64,000 bases of DNA, from the IMG/VR virus record IMGVR_UViG_3300045988_092720. One strand, 5' to 3'. Source of the stretch: a virus. This document shows positions 27,701-36,043 of this stretch, piece after piece. Both the position numbers and the translations under genes were made by a program. The notes beneath the pieces are model-generated. The model saw nothing but the letters and a program-made list of their open reading frames with translations, was not told where the DNA came from and did not search any database. Position 1 is the first letter of the stretch. Each line of letters opens with the position of its first letter.

Positions 27701-30166
27701 ACCAAGCACATCATTATTTGCATTTCTATATTTTAGAGCCTCTTTAGTGAGTGGCATTTTCATGCCAGTTTCACGACCAGTATGAGATAGATATTGCTGT
27801 ATTTTCAATAAACCATCACGTGTTACTCTATCACTATTTAGATAATCGGCAATCATTTGGTCATCACCAGCGATATTACGGTCAGATGTTGCTAATTGTG
27901 TGTTATTAACAACTTTTTCTGGCGTGCCATTCGGACGTACTGCAACTTGTGAGTTTTTTCTACGTGTTTCTTCTGCACTACGTTTAGCTTCATCAATGTT
28001 AGCTTGTAACATTCTGCGTTCGTTAGTAGTTAAGATTTTACGTACGTTATCAAATTGAGGTCCAGTAACATCAATACCATTTGCACCTAAAGTAATAAGT
28101 GTATCTTTGATTTTACTAGCAAGAGCGTGTTTTGCTGGTAAATAATTTGCATCATCTTTTGGAGGAAGTGTATTAATTACTTCTTCCATTTTTTCAGCAA
28201 CATCACGGTTTTCGATATAGCTTTTAGCACTGTCCTGTGTACGCTCTGTATTATCCATGTGTTTAACATAGTTTGTAATACGACCAAGCTCTTCATTTGT
28301 ATAGCCATTTCTTGATTTAATACCAGCTTTAGCTAAATAGTTACGTGGGTTTTTGGCTTGTTCATTGCGTCGAATATCAGAGCTATTAGCATCACGTTTA
28401 CGTGCTTGCATTGCATTATGTACACGATACGCTGCATCTCTTGCTTTGATTGGGTTATCTTTATATTCATGCTCAAAGTATGTTTTATTTGGAGAATTCT
28501 CATATCGTTCATTATGATATGCATTTCTACGTTCATTAATAGCATCAAGCTGAGCTTGGAAAGCATTCTGCTTTTCTCTTTCTTGAATTCTATTTGTAAT
28601 ATCACGCACAGATGTTTGGTCAGGGTTTTCACGTTCAAGGTTAGAGCGTTCTGCTTCTGTTAATTCAATACCAAGTCTATCAGCTTTTTCAGCAAGAGTT
28701 TCTTCTTGTGGTTGCTCCTGAACAGATGGTTCTTCTACTACTTCATTAGAACGTGTCATATCTTCATATAAACTACGAGAAAGTAAATTTGCTTCTTTGT
28801 TGGTAAAACCTAAATTAGCAAAGTTCTCAGCAAACATACGAGGAGATAAATCTTCAGCAGTTTTATCACCATGCAAGCCCATAATATTAGCACGCTCATC
28901 TTGTACAGCTTCCATTGCTGCCGCATAGTCTTCTGGTGCTTTTTTATTCAATACTTGGTTTACAGAATTAGCGAAAGAACTTTCTTCCATCATTGGGGAA
29001 TATGAAGCGTTAGAAATATCATCAACCTCTGTATTACCAAGAGGTGTATTATCAATAAATGTAGGTTCTTCAGCAACGATATCGCCTAAACCATCGTTTT
29101 GAACTATAGGTCCTGCACTATCAGCAATAACATCTTCAGTTGATGTTAAGCCAGCCATTTCGTCAGCTTTATTTATGATTTTATTAGAAGCACCACGAAC
29201 AGCACCACCTACACCGCCTACAGCCATGGAGATGTTAAATGCGTCCTGTGCTGCCATATTCATATCATTGGTCCATGTAGATGGGTCTAACATAGATACT
29301 TGGTCATAGCCCTCTTGACCTTTAATACGACCTTCAATAGCTTGTTGCCATGCTTCTGTATAGCCTTCTACTGCACTGTTAGCTGCATTACTAAGTAAAC
29401 CTTTAACCATTAGTTTACCGCCGTCTTTAGCAAATGCACTAGCTAACATGCCAACCTTACCAGATACACCGATACGGTCAGCTGCATAATCTAACATTGC
29501 AGGTCCCCAACCCTCACTCATAGATTGTCTAAAAGCATCACCTGCTACATCTGTGCCATACCCTGCATTACGATAATCATTGTAAATAGAGCCAGCATTT
29601 TGTACGTTCTCAAGACCAGAACCTACTGCAAGTTCTGTACCGTATTTAGCTACTTTACTTAAACCAGTAGCAACAGAGCCAGCTAATCCCTCAGATACGC
29701 CAGCTCTTGCTAATAAACCACCAATTTTACCTGCGTTTAAAATACCAGCAGTAGTACCGCCTGTAGACATAGCCATAGCTACTTGCGGAACGACATTACC
29801 GACAAATTGACCACCTTGAGCCGCCCAATAGTGAGGATTTGTAACTTTATCTCCCCATGATAAATCAGCAGTATCTGGGATTGTACTTCTGTAAGCTGCT
29901 AGATTAGAATAGTAATTAGCTTCGTTTTCAGTTTTCCCACGTAGCCATTGTGCTGTATCGCTGTCAGATAGGGATAATCCATAAGATACCGCACCTAACA
30001 TATCAGAACCTAAGCGGTCTAAACCAGCACTAAAGTTACCTACAAATTCATCAGCAATGCCATCATAATGTGCCTTGCCCATATAATCATATCCAAGAGT
30101 AGCAAGGTTATTACGATACTGGGCATCAGCATTTCTACTGGCTAACCCGTCTGTCCAATTTGCCAT
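21785..30166 (-). CDS. Giant (2793 aa) virion protein, tape-measure-like or ejection/polyvalent type, with an internal HExxH motif.
   Basis: Gly/Ala-rich N-terminal region. Long helical stretches. Hydrophobic segments near the C-terminus. Sits in the tail module. FVHELLHSATDF lies at aa ~1510 (nt 25625-25639). Confidence 0.55.
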   Translation of the reverse strand: MANWTDGLASRNADAQYRNNLATLGYDYMGKAHYDGIADEFVGNFSAGLDRLGSDMLGAVSYGLSLSDSDTAQWLRGKTENEANYYSNLAAYRSTIPDTADLSWGDKVTNPHYWAAQGGQFVGNVVPQVAMAMSTGGTTAGILNAGKIGGLLARAGVSEGLAGSVATGLSKVAKYGTELAVGSGLENVQNAGSIYNDYRNAGYGTDVAGDAFRQSMSEGWGPAMLDYAADRIGVSGKVGMLASAFAKDGGKLMVKGLLSNAANSAVEGYTEAWQQAIEGRIKGQEGYDQVSMLDPSTWTNDMNMAAQDAFNISMAVGGVGGAVRGASNKIINKADEMAGLTSTEDVIADSAGPIVQNDGLGDIVAEEPTFIDNTPLGNTEVDDISNASYSPMMEESSFANSVNQVLNKKAPEDYAAAMEAVQDERANIMGLHGDKTAEDLSPRMFAENFANLGFTNKEANLLSRSLYEDMTRSNEVVEEPSVQEQPQEETLAEKADRLGIELTEAERSNLERENPDQTSVRDITNRIQEREKQNAFQAQLDAINERRNAYHNERYENSPNKTYFEHEYKDNPIKARDAAYRVHNAMQARKRDANSSDIRRNEQAKNPRNYLAKAGIKSRNGYTNEELGRITNYVKHMDNTERTQDSAKSYIENRDVAEKMEEVINTLPPKDDANYLPAKHALASKIKDTLITLGANGIDVTGPQFDNVRKILTTNERRMLQANIDEAKRSAEETRRKNSQVAVRPNGTPEKVVNNTQLATSDRNIAGDDQMIADYLNSDRVTRDGLLKIQQYLSHTGRETGMKMPLTKEALKYRNANNDVLGGNIGPYNVIVPNPNKKWEARPVKKDHTETIEHDNPTGEEPIVTPYEERLGLNPAQPKPKKQTRPRGPRTVDMVTDDQKAVMRDVEKLAELKSQIQSGGQINEVDALKMVDDLQMETDKGKKEKQAFREYLKHQANEDTGDIDISDNIKDEQAVMEKHMDIINSIADAIQYLHSHPFISKSEYRKILNGIIAKRNQLMRKEPMYAPAWKGILNNVPDYKIPSQRELMEAVNRGEVKIPQVVLNAFLNSPSHFDENIRLWFDKDYNISDVTQASRYDRMRNFIILNALQKGLTRVKAIGMDKLMEELDNPNGDHLLGRLVNRAVHLYPAIGNENKYKSMAGRVGAKKLFPNGAPRLHNINSPLAKRVYSEIKDVVTEVMDDRISKNSKITEEKLKDKKTKNQVSTALRLSAYKDGVLHASIPNYQGDIYTTDIKMDIKLGEEFPVEIKVPEFIDPDDFKEVLDGYLYDMGVITMNDIIDSEIKDGKIIVNAEYVPSALFNNGSEVADYAFHALAEVARQNKGIVIDADLLDQNGKNYLKSHKDLTSRLGYEVIINDDTYTIVPTNDIQMSVTGDKKVSNSKNAKFHEPSEIEMGIMKKVADRSKGLGKLTNGEMRNILKSIMHVVNGDQQAYVTILNYIRTHPNLEIYVADRLVNNDPLGLKFNGAYMPSTGRLYITSDNITPTNDTFVHELLHSATDFTKTADLKNVVNDTLDLMREELEKDEGLAGEIYRAVGNGKILASVSENDPQSVEDVIQRASKNLKRAFGVVRKDGSNQSEDGTVSHQGKFGRKNLDALAGKSQQRTRIRQFIQSINNPESDTNSLKLIMGLAQANQNAHDFLDVPQAIINSPMDTKDKLFLAAMVVPKLGNNPQLDQKYYSFINEMFSYGNTNIFSEQQIREHFQDALADRKRVQKLDTLHQRNRATTTPEAPIAKVLAKIKQDTDYSIRKNDRIDQAEQKLLADIMENGGGIIERINPSEDGISFAWFRKMLQSPSSMARKLIPELKPIIKEAYVAARTYRRKKTEYVQLLDKQFADLDVKNGEDKKMNELLGEVDKRGREFAQPVAVNLNGELKYAIIKPEDTFTEFGLADDKRMRKFVKAEREKGNHVYIGVNKDVYQVISSKENIPSYKDKANANKVAMEMSKAYAKHLGYSERLWDKYVGIRQVLNQIHKDVNDNQVSRGKDPSADLWGYIPREHKRYGVYKMEVKYSPETGRYYPQYTVLTSFDTEADANKYVDSRPVEKGVGYMTIRRERYQADASKSYDGYYSNLTDEEAELHKVYERMSDEDAAALFNRVQGNYTETKKFIDHFLKGKDKSMTYDDFQNLINNKERMKELGLDYKKLQKEAGMANFEKLLKKDKDGVLTHDNVSAYLYRSSGAQMWNKHNLKRAGVLGHNEDHIKAIYHYANTQAKYQGNAPFLDFATRYYEQVYGENYEKQYGRNGTGAKNARQDIVHNYIQRVIGAPNNTDKVLNTIGREIPFIGAYMTKHMGDNWVTTLLNRNMQAMAVFKLGVFRPTAAIAQFGTLANVAALTGFTPQLKYAMQQAGKSGKNGKYGQLFDDLEVYEESASQASEFLDSGDYRRITIGGVKFGKLFDLSMKGFMKADAYTRKVAAIHAYEEYAAKHGLDTTDLHTKNPEAYKKAMEYAKDFVVKTNFDYTDIDSPQLFTKFGTLGKTILQFKKFGVKEAEFLFTAFKGPDGSIDYKGLSRFIGITMGMAGFMGLPFMSAGDDMLKWLTGKGLTDRTKDVLYDWAGKDQTKQRIAMMAIMGAPSMFGVDFSRNVGFGDLTPSSGSELLGPTLSTYGALGDVARNSHDWRDVVTGVSHALSPQLGNFYQAYTGNMRDWKNAENKGAYTSEERFMKLLGFRPVRESIENDLAYRLTMANQELKDGKKEAINDFLRDPSPENKQRIKDFGVTGKQLRDARELKQMSAIDKANKYLPKKSSVEADKVKEQANVYNTFVDGLYDGIEEE

Positions 30167-30181
30167 TTAGTTCACTCCTTT

Positions 30182-31540
30182 TTATCCTGTATAAGCGGTT
30201 TGTTTTTCAACCCCCCATGCTTTAGCTTTAGCATCTTGGTCATACTTTTGCCAACCTAATACAGTTTGAATAGCATCTCTACCCTCTACTGTATCTTTAT
30301 AAGGGGATAATTTATCAATAATTTGTTGAGTTGTTTTTGTAACATTACCATTCCAGCCATCGTAGGAAGTTTGTGCCCAGTCAGCATCAGATGCTTCTGT
30401 GAACATACCTTGACCCTCTGCTAAGATTTTAGCAATGTCTTTTTGATGTGCAATAGTAGCACGTGGTTGACCCTCAGCATCTAAATACGAACCATCAGGT
30501 AGTTTACTACCAGCTCCAGAACGAGCACCTGCTCTAATACTCGCTGTAGATAATGCTTGTTGCATTTTCATATTTTGTAATGCCTTTTGTTGTTCAAACT
30601 GCATATTTGCCAATTCTTTTTTCTGAGCAAACGCTGTTTGTTGGTCTTGCAATGCTTGTTGACGTTTCATGTTAGCTAATGCCATTTGATTACTGTTCAT
30701 GTAACGGTCAGCCATTGGGTCTAAACGTACACCTAAAGATGCACCTAGACTAGCTAACATTTTACTATTAGAGCTATTATGACTATTAGCAATCATTTGA
30801 GCTAGTTGACCTGCATTAGTTAATTTCTGTGTATTATTAGCTGTATTAGCCGCCGATACTGCTTGGTTTACTAATGCTTTCATTTGGTCAGCATTGTTTT
30901 TACTTAATGCAGTTCCCATTTCTCCAAAGTAAGAGGAATTACGTAAGCCAGCAATTCTACCAGCTTGTGTTGCACGAGCAGCTTCTACTTCTGGACTAGC
31001 CACTTGATAGTTCATTAAAGTTTGAATTTTATCCCAATCAAGTTTTTCATTTGGGTCATCAAATGCAAAACCCTGTGCATTTGGGTTATTATTTTGTAAC
31101 CTCACCATTGACGTAGGCGAGCCTGCTTGAGAAAATGCCTCACGTGCTGCATTTGTTCTGTGAGATAAATCAGTATCTGCACTCTTTTCAAAGTTATCAT
31201 GGAACCATACAGCAGCTTCTTCTGGTGTTTGCAGTTGGTTGAGTGCATTGATGCCTTCTGGACCAAGCTCTTTTAACATGTATTGGATTTGAGCCTCTGG
31301 TGTACCAGAAGAAATACCTAAAGACTTGGCAAATTCTGCCAAGCCTCTTTGTCTACCTTCGTCGGTCCATTGGAATAAACCGTAACCATGTGTACCATTA
31401 ATAGGTATTTCATTTGCACTGCCACCACCTTGAATAATAGTTGGGTCCATATTAGACTCCATCATACTATTACCAATAATGCCAGCTGCTGCCGCAGGAG
31501 TTAGTCCGTAACCTTGGAGCAATCCCATGTAGTCAGACAT
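30182..31540 (-). CDS. Virion-associated peptidoglycan hydrolase with an N-terminal SLT/lysozyme-like domain and a Q/A-rich C-terminal region.
   Basis: SLT-type E-S...GLFQ pattern (MMESNMDP...HGYGLFQWTDEGRQ). The C-terminus is a low-complexity coiled region. Confidence 0.6.
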   Translation of the reverse strand: MSDYMGLLQGYGLTPAAAAGIIGNSMMESNMDPTIIQGGGSANEIPINGTHGYGLFQWTDEGRQRGLAEFAKSLGISSGTPEAQIQYMLKELGPEGINALNQLQTPEEAAVWFHDNFEKSADTDLSHRTNAAREAFSQAGSPTSMVRLQNNNPNAQGFAFDDPNEKLDWDKIQTLMNYQVASPEVEAARATQAGRIAGLRNSSYFGEMGTALSKNNADQMKALVNQAVSAANTANNTQKLTNAGQLAQMIANSHNSSNSKMLASLGASLGVRLDPMADRYMNSNQMALANMKRQQALQDQQTAFAQKKELANMQFEQQKALQNMKMQQALSTASIRAGARSGAGSKLPDGSYLDAEGQPRATIAHQKDIAKILAEGQGMFTEASDADWAQTSYDGWNGNVTKTTQQIIDKLSPYKDTVEGRDAIQTVLGWQKYDQDAKAKAWGVEKQTAYTG

Positions 31541-31548
31541 AGTACCTC

Positions 31549-32007
31549 CTATTTAATATTTTGTGTTAAACCACCATATGCTTGCCAATAATTAGGAAAA
31601 TCTTGATAGTTTTGGTCATGTACTCGCAAACCTTGGTTAGCTTGACCGTAACCTTTAATGTAATCAATCGCACCAGTGTTATTTGTTAAAGCACCATCAA
31701 TTGTGTCGGCATTTAAGCCAAATGCATTACGATACCCACGACCAGCTAAATCAGCTTGAATACCTAATGCTTGTTGCTGTAATCCTTTATTAGTAGCATA
31801 TTCTGGGTTTTGATATAAACCTTGTAAGTTTGTTAAGCCAGATGTAAAACCTTGTTGACGAGCCAATTCTTCTTTTTGTGCTTGGTTATTAGCCTCACGC
31901 AAAGCACCTCTATCAAGTCGGTTATTAAACATCATACCACCGATAAGACCTGCTAATTTCCCTAATTGGGTTTGCCAATCGTTATCTTGTGTTTGAATTA
32001 CTTGCAT
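31549..32007 (-). CDS. Hypothetical structural protein.
   Basis: 152 aa, Gln/Asn/Gly-rich, in the tail module. Confidence 0.4.
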   Translation of the reverse strand: MQVIQTQDNDWQTQLGKLAGLIGGMMFNNRLDRGALREANNQAQKEELARQQGFTSGLTNLQGLYQNPEYATNKGLQQQALGIQADLAGRGYRNAFGLNADTIDGALTNNTGAIDYIKGYGQANQGLRVHDQNYQDFPNYWQAYGGLTQNIK

Positions 32008-32016
32008 ATTTACCTC

Positions 32017-33072
32017 CTAAAACGACTCTGCGTAAATGCCCTCTGCCAAGAACATATTGTCGTCTGTGTCTAATACTAATTCATAGACTTCTTCTTTATC
32101 ATCAGTTTCAAGAATGAATGCGACCTTTTCAAAGCCATCAGCCGTCTCCACTCTATCTTTACTTGTAATTTCAGATAAAGCCTTGCGACCATTCTTCGTT
32201 TGAAACACCTCTGTATCAGTTGTGCGAAGTTTATGATTAGTCGTAACGAGTAAGAAGATAGGTTGGATACCCATGTTTCTGTTTTCTGTTACAGTTGCTT
32301 CCCCATTGCGTGTTTTAACTTTATCTCCCTCTTGTACTTCAACAATTGGTTTTTCTGTTCCATCAGCCATTGTAACCAATACATAACGAGGGAAGCATGC
32401 AATGATTGAACCAGCTAAGGATAATGCACCACCTAAGAAGCCACCACTAGAAGATTGAGTTGCGAATGTTCTACCATTATTCAACTGACCTTGAGTTTGT
32501 AATGCTTGGTTAGTGGATTGGCTTTGACCCTGTGCCAAAGACAAAGAGTTTTGTACAGGAGTAAACGATGCTTGATGTGCTTTCTGTGCGTATTCGATAG
32601 GGGTAGAAGCATATTTCATACGTTGGTCCATTAAGCCAGCCGCTGTTTTCAAGTTATTATCATAATCCTGAGACATTTGTGATGCAAAGTTCTTTTGCAC
32701 GTCATTTGTAGTTGTATTAAATCTGGAGCTATCAATAACACCACGTTGAGCTAGAGATGCTAAATTCTTACCCATTGTATTTTCATACATGCGATTAAAG
32801 TAATTTTGTTTTGCATTTGCAAATACATCTGGTAAAATACCTTGGCTAAGAGGAGTAAACTCGTTCTTAATTTGTTGCATTTCGGCTGTTTGGTCATTAT
32901 ATAATTTTTGCCAATCAGGTGTAACAATATTACCAATTTGATTTGTACCATAATTTACTAACGCATCAATACTGGGTTGAATAGAGTCTAGGTATCTCCC
33001 TTGTAACGCTATTAGATGGCGTTCTTCTGGTGTTAGTTGTCGCTCATGAATAGTGGTTTTAGACTTACCCAT
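32017..33072 (-). CDS. Structural protein with a C-terminal Hint (Hedgehog/intein-like) autoprocessing domain.
   Basis: aa 217-351: Cys-1 block CFPRYVLVTMADGTEKPIVEV..GDKV, TxxH block TTNHKL, and block F VYELVLDTDDNMFLAEGIY. The domain ends the protein, so there is no C-extein. Confidence 0.55.
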   Translation of the reverse strand: MGKSKTTIHERQLTPEERHLIALQGRYLDSIQPSIDALVNYGTNQIGNIVTPDWQKLYNDQTAEMQQIKNEFTPLSQGILPDVFANAKQNYFNRMYENTMGKNLASLAQRGVIDSSRFNTTTNDVQKNFASQMSQDYDNNLKTAAGLMDQRMKYASTPIEYAQKAHQASFTPVQNSLSLAQGQSQSTNQALQTQGQLNNGRTFATQSSSGGFLGGALSLAGSIIACFPRYVLVTMADGTEKPIVEVQEGDKVKTRNGEATVTENRNMGIQPIFLLVTTNHKLRTTDTEVFQTKNGRKALSEITSKDRVETADGFEKVAFILETDDKEEVYELVLDTDDNMFLAEGIYAESF

Positions 33073-33435
33073 CTAAACCTCCTTCGTGAAATAGTAATAA
33101 GTGCCATTTTTATTTGTACGTTCTTCATAAGAACATTTGGCTAATCTTGCATATGCTTTAGGATTGCGACTGTCAGTATAAGAAGCTATTCGTTTTAATC
33201 CTAATTTTTTAGCCATACTATGAATGCCTTTAAATCCTTCAATCATTGGGACCCCACACCCAATATCTATTTCTAAGGTATCGCCTATGATACCAAATGT
33301 TAAGAAAGAACCATCCTCTCTTAACCATACCATTGGGTGTAGCTCATAATCCCAGTCGTCTAGGTAATGTCTACCTACACGCCTTTTATATTCATCAATA
33401 TGTTTTTGTATATTAGCTGTAAGGGCTACCGCCAT
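33073..33435 (-). CDS. Hypothetical protein.
   Basis: 120-aa ORF. Confidence 0.4.
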   Translation of the reverse strand: MAVALTANIQKHIDEYKRRVGRHYLDDWDYELHPMVWLREDGSFLTFGIIGDTLEIDIGCGVPMIEGFKGIHSMAKKLGLKRIASYTDSRNPKAYARLAKCSYEERTNKNGTYYYFTKEV

Positions 33436-34912
33436 TTTTATGAGCTCCTTTCAGAAAATCATTTTGGCTTCTACCCTTTCTACGTTTTCTCCTATTTTGT
33501 CCACCTTTAGTATCTGCGGAGGCACTTACCATCGACTCTCTCTCAACTACAATATCGAAAGAAATATACTTAAAGATGATTGGGTCATCAGTTTCAAAAC
33601 GGAATTTCAAGATAGGAGCGAGAATTTGTGTCTTAAATTCTCCTTGTAACTCTTTAACGGCCCATTTATGAGTTAATTGTACATCGTTAATGTAAATATA
33701 CCCACGACCGTCATTCTCTTCAGATTGGATATCAATATACGTTCTATATGCATTAAGGTTATGAGTGTCTCTCATTTCCTTCGATTGAATAAGTTGATGA
33801 ATGGCGTAACCATTGTCAGTTGTATATTTAAAATCAAATTCGTAAATTGCACCATGAGTGTCGTCTGTGTTCATGGCTACCAATACATGATATTGGTTTT
33901 CACAAATTGATGTAACATTATAAGGGAAAATCCATTTAGTATATCCACCAGTCCAGTAATGATATACAAACATTTCACGACCACACGAACCGCTTACTAC
34001 CATCTGTTTTGTTCTACGCAAATCAGAAATAAATGGTTTGGTAACATTATTTTTAAGTTCTGGGTTGATGTTATCACCAATATCCATAACATTAAAGTTT
34101 GCATATACTTGAGAACTTTTAACAGATTTTAGACCACGAGTAGAAACGAATACAATATCAGTATTAATATTATCGCAAGCATGTCTACTTACTACATCAG
34201 AATTATTAGCAAGCAATGTAATTGACCATTCTTCTGGTTCGTTTTGAACGTCGTAAATATAGCCATTACTTTTGAATACCAATACATCAGAAGCTAATTC
34301 AGCTATAGCAACAATATCCCCACCGTCACCATAACCAATATTAACATCTTTTCGTGCAGAAGCATCGTTACTATTTTCATTCCAGCTATTCACATCACCA
34401 ATAGCAGAATATATTAGTAAATCGGAGCCAGTTTTGGCTACAACTACACGAGATGAACGTGTAAATACAATATCGCAATTAGGACTACCATCAATTGTTT
34501 TAAGTGTTTGATAATTATATTCTTGTAACTTAGAGCCACTTGCAATAAGTAAAGAACCTTTCCATTTACAACAAGAAGGGCGTTCCGCATCTCCATTAAT
34601 TTTACCAATTAATATTGGTTGTTTGCCAAATTCATATCTGTATACTTCTTTGTTTTTAAGAAATATGAAGAAATCATTCATTTCGTAATCATTGTATACA
34701 TGTGTAACAGGAGAATTGAAAGAAGCTAGAGGGGTACTTAAACCCCTCCGTGTTCTTAATTTACTACCTACTACATCGAATTCCATGTTTTCTAGGCGAA
34801 CAACTTCATTATCTTTGATAAACTCAGGAGACTTGGCAATATTCATGCCACCAGTTAAATCATCTAATTTAACGGTAACAATTTTTTTAGTTTTGCCACG
34901 TTTTTGAGCCAT
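33413..34912 (-). CDS. Tail/baseplate structural protein.
   Basis: 499 aa, in the tail module, with a basic C-terminal tail. Confidence 0.45.
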   Translation of the reverse strand: MAQKRGKTKKIVTVKLDDLTGGMNIAKSPEFIKDNEVVRLENMEFDVVGSKLRTRRGLSTPLASFNSPVTHVYNDYEMNDFFIFLKNKEVYRYEFGKQPILIGKINGDAERPSCCKWKGSLLIASGSKLQEYNYQTLKTIDGSPNCDIVFTRSSRVVVAKTGSDLLIYSAIGDVNSWNENSNDASARKDVNIGYGDGGDIVAIAELASDVLVFKSNGYIYDVQNEPEEWSITLLANNSDVVSRHACDNINTDIVFVSTRGLKSVKSSQVYANFNVMDIGDNINPELKNNVTKPFISDLRRTKQMVVSGSCGREMFVYHYWTGGYTKWIFPYNVTSICENQYHVLVAMNTDDTHGAIYEFDFKYTTDNGYAIHQLIQSKEMRDTHNLNAYRTYIDIQSEENDGRGYIYINDVQLTHKWAVKELQGEFKTQILAPILKFRFETDDPIIFKYISFDIVVERESMVSASADTKGGQNRRKRRKGRSQNDFLKGAHKNGGSPYS

Positions 34913-34925
34913 AATTCACCTTGTC

Positions 34926-36035
34926 TTAATAATCGAATACAGTATCTTCAAAATCAGCAGATGTTGGTAATGAACCATCGGACAATAGACCAATGCCAAT
35001 CGTAGCGTATTCGTCATTTTTTAATCCATTGATTACATCCATAATAAAACCTTCAGTACTAGATTGACCTGGTGATTTAGAAACAAGTAATTTAGTAGCT
35101 AGTTTGCCATTATTTTTTGAGATATATAGATAAACATTGTTGTCTTCTACATAGATAAAACATGAGTTTTTACCGCCATTAATATTGAAGTTTACAGTCT
35201 CAACTTGCTTTAAGTACACTGGCATATCTAAGACACGGTTGTTGCCATGGGACCACACTCTTAATAGACCTCTAACGGAACGTTCTCCATTCAAGGAGTT
35301 AATATAAGAGAAAGCCTCTGGGTATGTTTCACCACCTAACATATATCTAGTTGTACCATCAACCTGTACATCAATATCTCTCCAATTATCGACATTAGAG
35401 TTTGGTTTCAAATCCTTTTCAGGTGTGTTTTCAAATGCAATAAATTGTTCTACAAAGAAAGGTTTTACTCCAGTTTGTAATCTTTTGTCTCGTACATATA
35501 GAGGAATAGTTTTTTGAACACCACCAACTGTATAACTAATATTCACAGTAGCATCTGTTACTTCTGCTTCTATTGGCTCAATCATAAATTCATATTTTTT
35601 GTATTTAACTTCGCCTGCATCAAAATCTTGCATTCCGTTAACCGTAACTTGAGATTTCATTTTATCAGCATATAACGATTGCTGTTGGGTAATACGTGAT
35701 TTGTATGGACCATCTGGGATAGTAATATTTTCAACAGGTAACGCTGTTAACAATACTGTCTTATTATAACCGCTCATTTCAATAACTGGTTTTACTTTTG
35801 CAAAAGGTACTAAATCTGTATCATTTAATGCAAAAGCATTATTTCTATCAATATCATTAATAATCTTACGATACACATCTGTACCTTTAGAATTTACAAC
35901 AATAGAGCGGATTTCAGATGGGAATTTAGAGAATTTTCTTTCTGATGTTACACCTTTTTCTTTAATAGCAGATGCAATATCATTTTTAGTCTTCTCTAAT
36001 TCGTTAAAACTTACAATTACGCTTTGAATATCCAT
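34926..36035 (-). CDS. Tail structural protein.
   Basis: 369 aa, in the tail module. Confidence 0.45.
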   Translation of the reverse strand: MDIQSVIVSFNELEKTKNDIASAIKEKGVTSERKFSKFPSEIRSIVVNSKGTDVYRKIINDIDRNNAFALNDTDLVPFAKVKPVIEMSGYNKTVLLTALPVENITIPDGPYKSRITQQQSLYADKMKSQVTVNGMQDFDAGEVKYKKYEFMIEPIEAEVTDATVNISYTVGGVQKTIPLYVRDKRLQTGVKPFFVEQFIAFENTPEKDLKPNSNVDNWRDIDVQVDGTTRYMLGGETYPEAFSYINSLNGERSVRGLLRVWSHGNNRVLDMPVYLKQVETVNFNINGGKNSCFIYVEDNNVYLYISKNNGKLATKLLVSKSPGQSSTEGFIMDVINGLKNDEYATIGIGLLSDGSLPTSADFEDTVFDY

Positions 36036-36043
36036 AATACCTC

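Noticed and set aside
21849-28663. Numerous 60-100-aa ORFs on both strands inside the 2793-aa gene (e.g. 21849..22049, 24642..24875, 27480..27785, 28333..28638).
   Set aside because: They are embedded in or antisense to a long, clearly coding frame and lack independent translation signals.
32017-33072. Possible intein in a structural gene.
   Set aside because: The Hint domain is at the extreme C-terminus, with no C-extein and no terminal His-Asn-nucleophile. It is therefore a BIL/Hedgehog-type autoprocessing domain rather than a protein-splicing intein.
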